Shown in pieces: positions 1 through 8,500 of a stretch of 17,852 bases of DNA. Where the stretch lies: assembly GCA_031285625.1 (NCBI GenBank), contig JAITVV010000068.1:1-17852 (forward strand), read 5' to 3'. Position 1 is the stretch's first letter, and each line of letters begins with the position of its first letter. The notes under the pieces are model-generated. The model was not told the DNA's origin, ran no database searches, and was given only the letters and a program-made list of their open reading frames with translations. This DNA comes from Prevotella sp. (GTDB taxonomy: Bacteria > Bacteroidota > Bacteroidia > Bacteroidales > Dysgonomonadaceae). Made by a program: the position numbers and the translations under genes.

Positions 1-90
1 TGTTAATGCACCCACAGCCTCTATGGTGATAAGCAGCGGGAAAGGCTGGAACCGTTTTTTTATTTTCAGCCAACCAAAATATATATTGAT

Positions 91-447
91 ATGCTTATCA
101 CCAAAAAGAAAACAAGAAAGGAAAACCATCCCTATGGTTTTAGAAAAGTAGCCCGCAAGGAAGAGGCTACAAACAAGAATGAAGCGCATGCTACTATTAA
201 GAAAGTAATCCATCCTGCTTCGGGTGAAATAAGCCTTGAGCTAAAACCCGAACAACCACATGTACGCTACCTAAAACTCCAGCCACTTTACCGTCAATTG
301 CAATATGGGGAAACTGTTGTTCCGGAACTCCGGCTGAATGGACGTTGGTTGGAACGGGCAGGTTTTGATTTTAAAAAATATGTAAGCGTTACCATCATGG
401 ACGGATTGTTGATTATAAAACCTGTCATAGATTTAGGTAATGGCTAA
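91..447 (+). CDS. symE: SymE-family (type I toxin-antitoxin toxin-like, AbrB-fold) protein
   Basis: The C-terminal VPELRLNGRWLERAGFDFKKYVSVTIMDGLLIIK matches the SymE pattern P.l.L.G.WLe.aGF..G..v.V.v..G.l.I. The 118-aa length fits the family. The start codon is uncertain. Confidence 0.8.
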   Translation: MLITKKKTRKENHPYGFRKVARKEEATNKNEAHATIKKVIHPASGEISLELKPEQPHVRYLKLQPLYRQLQYGETVVPELRLNGRWLERAGFDFKKYVSVTIMDGLLIIKPVIDLGNG

Positions 448-464
448 ACGAAATACCATTGCCC

Positions 465-575
465 GTAAAAGTTATTCTCGAACTTTCGGTTATTCCCACA
501 CGGCTTCCGCCTCTCCAAACGGTAGGGAAGCCATAAACGGGAAATAACCGGATTTGGACGGGAAATAACTTTTGC
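465..575. repeat. Nested imperfect palindrome (about 110 bp) with an internal 12-bp direct repeat
   Basis: AAAAGTTATT 467-476 pairs with AATAACTTTT 564-573. CGGTTATTCCC 487-497 pairs with GGGAAATAACCG 539-550 (one bulge). GGCTTCC 502-508 pairs with GGAAGCC 526-532. ACGGGAAATAAC occurs at 537-548 and 558-569. Confidence 0.85.
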
Positions 576-591
576 GCATTACATTATAAGA

Positions 592-623
592 ACGGCAGGC
601 CATTAAAATCAAAAGCCTGCCGT
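592..623. terminator. GC-rich hairpin between the convergent symE and integrase genes; possible terminator
   Basis: ACGGCAGGC 592-600 and GCCTGCCGT 615-623 form a perfect 9-bp stem with a 14-nt loop. There is no clear U-tract on either strand, so terminator function is uncertain. Confidence 0.4.
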
Positions 624-677
624 CATTATATAGTAAAACATTGGTTAATTCAATATTGGATTTTGAATAGACATTTA

Positions 678-1907
678 TTATATATTAGCAAGGTCAGCAA
701 AACAGGCAGCCACATTTACCATATCTCGTTTGATGCTCGAATCCATAACTTTAGCATAGTGCTGTGTCATCCGAATATCACTATGCCCCAACATTTTGGC
801 TACATTTTCCATCGAAACGCCATTAGCTAAACACACTATCGAAGCGTATGTGTATCGCGCCGAGTGTGTAGTCAGCGTCTTCGTAATGTTGCATCTCGTA
901 GCAATTTCTTTGAGATAGCTATTCATCTTTTGATTGCTTGTAACCGGTAAAAGTCTTCCCGATTTGACACAAAGAGGGTTATCCCTGTATTTTTCGAGAA
1001 TCATTTGCGGAATCTTCAACAGTGGGATATTACACATATTATCCGTTTTCTCCCGTGCCTTACGAATCCAAACATCGCCGTTATTGTCTGTGGTGAAATG
1101 TTCGGCACGTAAATTATTCACATCCACGTATGCTAATCCGGTAAAAGTGCAGAAGATAAAAACATCCCGAACATAATTGAGGCGTTCCATACCGAAATCT
1201 TTAGCCATGATTCGCTCAATCTCTTCTTTAGTCAATACCTCTTTGATAACTTCCTTCTCTTGAAACTTGATGCCTGCAAAAGGATTCTTCGTCATCCACT
1301 CGTTAGCAATGGCAAGGTTGATAATCTTCTTAAAGCACTTCATATAACGGATAACCGTATTTTGCTGGCAACCACGTTCTACTTTGAGAAACATCTCGAA
1401 CTCACGGACAAACTCGCCATCTACCTCATGGAGATTCAAATCTTCCTTTCCAAATTTCCGTTGGATAAGTACACCGAGGTATTTGCAACAGTTATCAAAA
1501 CGTCGGATAGTTATCTCCACATAGTCGATGCCAATCAACTTTCGGCAATCTTCATTGTGCTTACGGAATACACCGAGTAGTGTTCGCTTATCTGTTTCCG
1601 CATTATAAAGTTTGTCCATGATGAGGCGTGCAGTGAATAGCTTGCCGCTCAACTCCAATTCACGGTGAATGGTCAACACTTTCAATTTGAGCATACGGAT
1701 ATACTCATTGAGTTCCGCTGATTTCCGGTCGCGTCCTTTGGACGATTCGGTGGACTGCTCCCAGAGGTTGGGAGAGATACTGCGTTTAATTTGTGACTCT
1801 ACAGCAATGCCGTTTACTTTGATTCTCAATCGAATGGGAGCTTCGCCATTGCTGAGAAGTTTGGTCTTCTTGATGAAGAAGAACACGCTGAATGAATTTC
1901 GGTTCAT
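678..1907 (-). CDS. Site-specific tyrosine integrase, Bacteroidetes ICE/mobilizable-element type (arm-binding domain, core-binding domain, catalytic domain)
   Basis: N-terminal FSVFFFIKKTK...NGEAPIRLRIKVNG arm-binding pattern. Catalytic motifs RDVFIFCTFTGLAYVDV, REKT, HSARYT and LGHSDIRMTQHYA. 409 aa, next to a tRNA. Confidence 0.95.
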   Translation of the reverse strand: MNRNSFSVFFFIKKTKLLSNGEAPIRLRIKVNGIAVESQIKRSISPNLWEQSTESSKGRDRKSAELNEYIRMLKLKVLTIHRELELSGKLFTARLIMDKLYNAETDKRTLLGVFRKHNEDCRKLIGIDYVEITIRRFDNCCKYLGVLIQRKFGKEDLNLHEVDGEFVREFEMFLKVERGCQQNTVIRYMKCFKKIINLAIANEWMTKNPFAGIKFQEKEVIKEVLTKEEIERIMAKDFGMERLNYVRDVFIFCTFTGLAYVDVNNLRAEHFTTDNNGDVWIRKAREKTDNMCNIPLLKIPQMILEKYRDNPLCVKSGRLLPVTSNQKMNSYLKEIATRCNITKTLTTHSARYTYASIVCLANGVSMENVAKMLGHSDIRMTQHYAKVMDSSIKRDMVNVAACFADLANI

Positions 1908-1992
1908 AACGATAATTTTTTGAATGTAAAATTAGGTAATCGAACCGACACAATAGCTACGCAAATTATTGTGAATCAGTGAATAAAAACCG

Positions 1993-2085
1993 TTTAGGTG
2001 GGACTTTGCAGGCAGGCTTTCTTTAGTCCCACCTGTTTCACTTTTTTAGTTGCCCAAAACCGCTGTTTTTTGCCACCCACCTAAA
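1993..2085. repeat. Three copies of an AGGTGGG-core motif (one forward, two reverse); candidate integrase arm-type sites
   Basis: AGGTGGGACT 1996-2005 is the exact reverse complement of AGTCCCACCT 2025-2034. TTTAGGTGGG 1993-2002 is the exact reverse complement of CCCACCTAAA 2076-2085. Confidence 0.6.
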
Positions 2086-2127
2086 AGCAAAAGCCCCTGA
2101 ATTCTATTGAAATTCAGGGGTTTGCTT
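2082..2127 (-). terminator. Intrinsic terminator-like hairpin downstream of tRNA-Phe
   Basis: CCCCTGAATT 2094-2103 and AATTCAGGGG 2111-2120 form a perfect 10-bp stem with a 7-nt loop. On the minus strand it is followed by CTTTTGCTTTT. Confidence 0.7.
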
Positions 2128-2147
2128 AAATTTGCTTTCTTGCTTCG

Positions 2148-2220
2148 TGGTGCCACCAGGAATCGAACCGGGGACACAAGGATTTTCAGTCCTTTGCTCT
2201 ACCAACTGAGCTATGGCACC
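2148..2220 (-). tRNA. tRNA-Phe (anticodon GAA), 73 nt, CCA not encoded
   Basis: The reverse complement is GGTGCCATAGCTCAGTTGGTAGAGCAAAGGACTGAAAATCCTTGTGTCCCCGGTTCGATTCCTGGTGGCACCA. It has acceptor stem GGTGCCA/TGGCACC, D arm GCTC..GAGC, anticodon loop CTGAAAA and T loop TTCGATT. Confidence 0.98.
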
Positions 2221-2238
2221 ATAACCGTTTTGCGTGTG

Positions 2239-2269
2239 CAAAGATAGTACATAATTTATATTCTCCAAA
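2239..2269 (-). promoter_or_regulatory. Consensus Bacteroidetes primary-sigma promoter for tRNA-Phe
   Basis: The minus strand reads TTTG (2269-2266), 19 nt, then TATCTTTG (2246-2239). This matches the -33 TTTG / -7 TAnnTTTG consensus and lies just upstream of the tRNA. Confidence 0.85.
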
Positions 2270-2384
2270 AAATATACACTATTTATTTAAGAAGTTTCTA
2301 ATATTTTAAAATGACTCTAAATAATTGCAGAAGCGGATTTGAAAACTTCACTCTCATTATCAGTATTTAATAGTTACATTGACT

Positions 2385-4907
2385 CTATAATTCAGTCATA
2401 GACTTTCCATACTCTTCACCCATCATCTTTTTATATTCAATAGTAAAATGGATAAAACGTTTTTTCACCTCATCATTCAACTCTAATTTCAACATAGAAT
2501 GTACCATATAGTAAATTGCTTTTTCATTAATAGGATCTATGTTAAACATAGCTTCGGTCAGTGATATTGTAGTTTGATAATCACCTTGATCGAAATATCT
2601 TTCCATTTCTACAAGTAGAACAGGCTCTATCCTGTGCTCAATCATTTCCTTAAACGAATCTATTATTTCAAAATTAATCGATTTCAGAAATTTCCCTCTG
2701 AATAAGATTTCTGAGAACTCTCTCCCACTCTTCTCAATATCCCCGGACTCAATAATCTCAACACAACGTACACAATCACAATAACACACATTTGTTAAAA
2801 CAATTTTGAAAAACCCTTTCTCATATACAAGCTTTATGCCGTCTAGTTCACTTAAAATTTTCCTCAAATGATTAAGTGTCACACCCCTTGAATTTTTTAC
2901 TTTATCTTCAGACTTATCAGGCCATAAGGCTTCGCTCAACTGTTGCGATGAGATGCCATGGTCAAAGCTATATTGCAAAATGAGATAAAATGCCTGCATT
3001 AGTTTAGTACTGAACATATAATTTATTTCTTTATTATATCTGTTACGTACAGAGAACTCACCAAACAAATAAATTGCATTAGCCCGGCTCATATTTTGTA
3101 TAGCAAGAATCTCTCCTTCATTTTTTATTTCTAAAAGATTTTTTTTGTTTTTAATTCTTTGCCTTTTTGTCTTCTGTTTAATATAATAAATAACACCAGA
3201 TGATATAAGCAATAAAATAGTAAATATTACCCATCCCCTATATTTGTTGCCGCTGTTCAGACCATTATAACCAGACAACTCATCAAGTGTAATTGGAGGA
3301 CAAGATAATGAGTAAATTTTCACATCGGATGCGATATCATCATTTCCAAATTCCTGCACAATAGCATACAGTTCATTAAGTTTAGCATTATAATACAAGT
3401 TAGCATTAGTCTTAATCTTTTCGGAATGTATTGGAATAGAGTCTCCCAATATCTTATATGTTCCATCTTTAATAGAAAAACAATATAATTTCAAATATGA
3501 ATCAGAAAAATGCTCCGGATAGCAAAGCGTGTAAAAAGATGAATCATTTGGTACTATCATATTCCTAACTGGAACAACATTATCTTCACTCCATGGTATT
3601 TCCCATAATTTTGTTATCCTCTGAGACTTCATATCTACTTTGTAGAAATCATAATAATATCTGCGGCCAACAATCTGATCACCAGATTCATTACCCATTC
3701 CTCCAAAAATATAAATATCATCATTCAGATGTCCCATAGATGAGAAATAACGCGGAGTTATTATATCACCTCCAAATGTCAATGTCTTCCAATGATCTTC
3801 ATTCAGGCTATAACTATAAAAATTCTTATTATAAAGAAGATTCCCAAATCCGCCAAAGATTGTATACCTCTTATTTAATTCATCAAAATATCCTCCATGA
3901 TGATGTAGTTGTATCGGTAATTGATGGCTGGTAACAGGTTTCCATGTATAACTCTCAAAATCCAGATAAGCTAAGCTCGTACTTTTTTCAGGAATGTCAC
4001 TTACTTCGTACACAAAAAGTCGTTTTGTCGTTTTATCAATAAAGCTGGTACCCAGTTTTAATGGTATAGGACATATATTCACATACTTCTTAGAATAAAC
4101 TTTATCTGTACGTATATTATAGATGGAAATAGAATCTTGGTTAAAATAATATACTTCCATTGTTTCAGGATCAAAATTTGCCCCTGCTATAGTCTGAGAT
4201 TCAAATGTTGCCCGGTGTTTCCAATAGTAAGCATTATTAATTAACCACATAGGATTACTTACATGGCCAATTATTTTACCTTTAATATCGTGCACTAAAC
4301 TTCCCTTATTCTCATTGAGCGGAAAAAGATACTCCTGTTTATCGTCTTTTATTTTAAGGTTTTTGATAGCATATGATGGCACATCAATAATATAATCGCT
4401 CCTACCGAAAAAGATATCCGGGCTCCAGTTTTTAGGTAAACGAATTTCTCCTATCTGAAATTTATAGTTATTAAATTTCAGTGTGATAGAGTCCTCCCTC
4501 ATGTCAAAAGATATAAGAATATGAAGCCAATGATGTTCAAACAAATCTGCCTTGTCCAGATTAGCAACAATAAGATTACTCCTCCCCTCTTCGTTTAGTT
4601 TAAAACTAACTATATCTTTCCCCTCACTATCAAAGGATAAATTATATATAGTGTTTGCTTCCTTATTTTTTATTCTTAGAATATACCCGACGTGTGATGG
4701 CTCAAGAAAAGACATATCAAAACCAATAGTCAACTTGTCTGAGAAAGTAGGCGACACATCATCAAACACAGTATAGGATGTACGCTCGTTGATTAAACAC
4801 TCGTTACCATAAAATTTTAATCCTTGCGCAAGGATATTTATTGGTAATAATGTGAAAATAAATAGATATATAAAATATAGTTTATTGCAGTATAAATAAT
4901 TTACCAT
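2385..4907 (-). CDS. Membrane-spanning one-component PUL regulator: periplasmic beta-sandwich and Kelch propeller sensor, TM helix, cytoplasmic SARP/OmpR-type winged helix plus BTAD-like domain
   Basis: Signal-peptide-like N-terminus (..INILAQG). Kelch motifs TIFGGFG and IYIFGGMG. Hydrophobic segment WVIFTILLLISSGVIYYI followed by a basic stretch. SARP-like IYLFGEF, LSEALWPD..KNSRGVTLNHLRKIL and IDPINEKA. Divergent from susC. Confidence 0.85.
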   Translation of the reverse strand: MVNYLYCNKLYFIYLFIFTLLPINILAQGLKFYGNECLINERTSYTVFDDVSPTFSDKLTIGFDMSFLEPSHVGYILRIKNKEANTIYNLSFDSEGKDIVSFKLNEEGRSNLIVANLDKADLFEHHWLHILISFDMREDSITLKFNNYKFQIGEIRLPKNWSPDIFFGRSDYIIDVPSYAIKNLKIKDDKQEYLFPLNENKGSLVHDIKGKIIGHVSNPMWLINNAYYWKHRATFESQTIAGANFDPETMEVYYFNQDSISIYNIRTDKVYSKKYVNICPIPLKLGTSFIDKTTKRLFVYEVSDIPEKSTSLAYLDFESYTWKPVTSHQLPIQLHHHGGYFDELNKRYTIFGGFGNLLYNKNFYSYSLNEDHWKTLTFGGDIITPRYFSSMGHLNDDIYIFGGMGNESGDQIVGRRYYYDFYKVDMKSQRITKLWEIPWSEDNVVPVRNMIVPNDSSFYTLCYPEHFSDSYLKLYCFSIKDGTYKILGDSIPIHSEKIKTNANLYYNAKLNELYAIVQEFGNDDIASDVKIYSLSCPPITLDELSGYNGLNSGNKYRGWVIFTILLLISSGVIYYIKQKTKRQRIKNKKNLLEIKNEGEILAIQNMSRANAIYLFGEFSVRNRYNKEINYMFSTKLMQAFYLILQYSFDHGISSQQLSEALWPDKSEDKVKNSRGVTLNHLRKILSELDGIKLVYEKGFFKIVLTNVCYCDCVRCVEIIESGDIEKSGREFSEILFRGKFLKSINFEIIDSFKEMIEHRIEPVLLVEMERYFDQGDYQTTISLTEAMFNIDPINEKAIYYMVHSMLKLELNDEVKKRFIHFTIEYKKMMGEEYGKSMTEL

Positions 4908-5250
4908 CTTAGGGCATCATAACCTTAAATTAACAACTATTACCAGATTTTCTTATTTACGACCTTATCCCAGGTGTTTACCCAAAATAAGGCCATATAT
5001 AGGCTTTGTTTTCACATAATGAACAAAAAAGAAATATGTGTTTTATTTTTTTTTGATAAAATATTATTATACTCTCTCTAGTAAAATTAGGTTAACATCC
5101 AAATTTTCAGACAAAAAAAAGGTATATAAAGCTAAAAAATTTTGCATAGTATGCATAATATAAAATGTTTTTTGATATAAATAAGATTATGCTCATCTAA
5201 TCCTTTTTAGGATAATCAATAATTTGACTTTATCTATGTTTCCTTAACAA

Positions 5251-5281
5251 CAAATATATAGAATGTCTTTTAAACTACAAA
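5251..5281 (-). promoter_or_regulatory. Consensus Bacteroidetes primary-sigma promoter facing the regulator gene
   Basis: The minus strand reads TTTG (5281-5278), 19 nt, then TATATTTG (5258-5251). Confidence 0.65.
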
Positions 5282-5386
5282 AACTTATACAGGATAATAA
5301 TTTCGTTAATAACCAAAATCAGAACATCTACTTTTTAACATTTAAAATAGATAATTTAATTAAGGTTATAAAATTTCTTAAATAAA

Positions 5387-5443
5387 TAACCTCGAATTAA
5401 CCCTGATTTAACCATATAAATAACCTCCATAAATATAGATTTA
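5387..5443 (+). promoter_or_regulatory. Candidate activator-dependent susC promoter: phased TAACC direct repeats plus a non-consensus -7 element
   Basis: TAACC starts at 5387, 5398, 5409 and 5421 (spacings 11, 11, 12). TAGATTTA at 5436-5443 is one mismatch from TAnnTTTG, and there is no TTTG at the -33 position. Confidence 0.55.
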
Positions 5444-5574
5444 CCCAAAATTACCAGCCATTTATTTTTTAACCTAAATGTTATGCTTATGAAAAAAAAA
5501 TCGAAGTCGAGAAATTATACCCAAAAATGTTTACAGTAAACAATCTATTTAATGAAAAAACACAAAATTAAAGT

Positions 5575-8500
5575 ATGAAGAAAAAAAGTTTATTTCAACT
5601 GCATGAAAGCTTTCTATGGAAATTATCTTTAGTTTTTATTCTATTTGCCACCACCCTTAATCTTCAGGCACAAAACCAAAAAATTTCCATATCCGGAACT
5701 GTTAAAGATAAAGAGAACCCTCTTATAGGGGCTACTGTCGCGGAAAAAGGTACTACTAATGCCACATTGACCGATGTAGATGGAAAATTTTCATTACAGG
5801 TATCCGGTAATCAACCCGTATTACAAATTTCTTACATTGGATATCACTCAAAAGAAGTTCCCGTACAAGGAAAAACTGAGTTTGAAATTGTATTAACAGA
5901 AGACAGCCAATCTCTGGACGAAATCGTTGTAACCGGTTTTGGTTTATCCCAGAAGAAAGCGACTCTCACCGGAGCTATCTCAACTATAGGCTCCAAAGAT
6001 ATCGAAAGATCATCTGCCAGTACAGTTTCCGGAGCCTTAGTTGGAAAAATTCCGGGTTTGAATACCCGCCAGACAGACGGACGTCCCGGAGGAAGTACCC
6101 AAATCAGTATCCGTAATATGGGCAATCCACTTTATGTAATTGATGGCATTCAGTCTGACGCTGGACAGTTTAACAACATCAACTTTAATGATATCGAAAG
6201 CATATCGATATTGAAAGATGCTTCAGCGTCTATTTACGGAGTGCGGGCAGCCAATGGAGTTGTCGTGGTTACAACTAAAAGAGGTAGAAAAAACACAAAA
6301 AACACCGTATCTGTCAATGGATATTACGGATGGCAAAGCAACTTCAAATTTGCAAAACCTGCCGATGCAAAAACATATGTAACCAAATATGTACAATCAG
6401 AAACCATGCTCATTTCACAGGGTCGTATGAGAGAAGACCAACGCAGATATACCCGCGAAGAGTACGATAAATGGATGGCAGGTACAGAACCCGGATACCA
6501 GAGTTTCAACTGGCAAGATTATATTTGGGGAACAGCACCTCAGTCATATGTAGATATGAATGTAAGCGGAGGATCAGAAAAATCAAATTATTATGTATCT
6601 GTAGGACATCTGAGCCAGGATGCAACTGTACGCAACTATGGCGGATTTAAACGTACCAATGCCCAAATGAATTTAGATATCCAGGTAACCGAAAAACTCA
6701 AGATAGGTGTGGGTTTTAACGGACGTCTCGAGTCTCGTGTCAATCCGGGAGTACCAGGAGGAGACGATTATTGGTTACCACGCTATGCAGTACTGAGAAA
6801 TATACCGACTGTAGGTCCTTATGCTAACGGTAATCCCAACTATCCACAAGTAACATCGGATGACAAGCAAGTGAATTTCGCAATTCTCAGTTATGATAAA
6901 TCAGGTAAAATGAAGGAAGACTGGCGCGTTATGCAAATAAATGCCAATGCCGAATACGAAATAATCAAGGGTTTGAAAGCTAAGGCTTTGGTAAGTTACT
7001 ATTATGCCAACAAATTATTTAACAATCATGAATACACATATGACCTTTACAGATATGACAAGCAGACTGATCAATATCTGGTAGATTACACTATGAATAC
7101 ACCATACCGTGAGCGTGTACATGAAGAAGTAACAGAAATGACATCTAATATTCAGTTGGCATACGAGAAAAAATTTGGACAACATTCGTTAGATGCCGTT
7201 GCCGGATTGGAAACAATCAAGCGTAAAAATCCTCATACAAGAGTGGTATCAACTCCTATTGCCAACAATATGGAAAATATCTACTTGAACGAGATCAAAG
7301 AATTTACCGAATCACTGGATCAACCCCAGGCCCGTATGGGATGGGTAGGCAGGATCAACTACAACTTCGCAGAAAAATATTTGGTAGAACTCTCAGGCCG
7401 TTACGACGGTTCATGGAAGTTTCCGCCCAATGACCGTTGGGGATTCTTCCCTTCTGCCTCGATAGGTTGGAGAATATCAGAGGAAGACTTTTGGAAAGAA
7501 AGCAAAATCTCCGGATTTTTCAATTATCTGAAAATTCGCGGTTCATATGGTTTGGTTGGTAATGACGACACCCCTAATTATAGTGCATTCGACTATATGG
7601 CAGGTTATAATTTTGACAAAGGAGGTGCCGTACTTGACGGTCAGTATATTAAAGGTTCGGAAGCTCGCGGACTCCCTGTAAAAACATTATCCTGGTTGGA
7701 AGCTAAAATCTTAGATATAGGTTTTGATGCCGGATTCCTCAACAATCGTTTAAGAACAGAAGTAAGTTACTTCAGCCGTATACAAACAGGGATTCCAGAA
7801 CGCAGATGGGATGTCGTAATTCCTTCCGAAGCAGGGTTTGACGTACCATACGAAAATCTGAACTCTAACGCGCATAAAGGTATGGACGGTATGATAAGCT
7901 GGCGCGACAATGTGAATGACTTTGCATACAATGTCGGAATTAATGCTACATATGCACGATTTTACGATTGGGAGCGTTACGACGACCGCAGAGGAAACTC
8001 ATGGGACAAATACCGGAACAGCATCGTAAAACGTTACGGATACCTAAACTGGGGATTAGAAGCCATCGGGCAATTCCAAAGTTGGGAAGAAATAGCAAAT
8101 TATTCTATCGATAACGACCGTCAGGGAAACAGAACTGTAATGCCCGGCGATATAAAATATAAGGATATTAACGGAGACGGAGTAATCAACAGTATGGATG
8201 AGCGTCCGATAGGCTATCGTCAGGATGCAACTCCAGTATTCAACTATGGTATCAATCTGGGTGCAGCATGGAAAGGCTTCGACTTTGCTATCGACTTTTC
8301 CGGATCGTTATTCTCTTCTTATTTTCAACAATGGGAGCAGGCGCGCGCTTTCCAGAACAATGGAAACAGCCCTCAGTTCTTATTAGAAGACAGCTGGAGC
8401 TTATCTGACATATGGGACGCGAAAAGCGCACTTATCCCCGGAAAATATCCGATGGCACTGAAAGATCGTAACGGAGACAATACTTATTGGGGAAGTACAT

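Larger units (their letters stand above)
1..2160. mobile_element. One end of an integrative element/genomic island inserted at the 3' end of tRNA-Phe; continues beyond the left edge of the window
   Basis: A tyrosine integrase lies just downstream of an intact tRNA-Phe, with repeated AGGTGGG motifs between them and a SymE-like accessory gene beyond. I saw no second copy of the tRNA 3' end in 1-680, so the other att site is presumably outside the window. Boundaries are inferred. Confidence 0.75.

Noticed and set aside
1-10. The window begins TGTTAAT, reminiscent of the end of a XerD arm (TTATGTTAAAT) of a dif-like site
   Set aside because: Only a few bases are visible and the match is imperfect, so it cannot be evaluated without the upstream sequence.
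934-1923. Plus-strand ORFs 934-1176, 1260-1580 and 1669-1923
   Set aside because: They are antisense shadows of the integrase with no recognisable motifs.
3740-4776. Plus-strand ORFs 3740-3934 and 4552-4776
   Set aside because: They are short and antisense to the well-supported regulator gene.
4984-5012. Weak hairpin AAAATAAGGCC / GGCTTTGTTTT
   Set aside because: It relies on G-U pairs that form only on the plus strand, where no transcript is expected, and its stability is low.
4919-5369. 10-bp inverted repeat ATAACCTTAA (4919-4928) / TTAAGGTTAT (5360-5369) flanking the minus-strand promoter, suggesting an invertible promoter
   Set aside because: A 10-bp AT-rich inverted match is expected by chance in a ~670-bp AT-rich spacer, and no invertase is adjacent. 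Mixed-orientation reads would be needed to revive the idea.
5581-5587. A7 run at the start of susC as a phase-variation tract
   Set aside because: It simply encodes the Lys-rich signal peptide start, and such runs are common in this AT-rich DNA.
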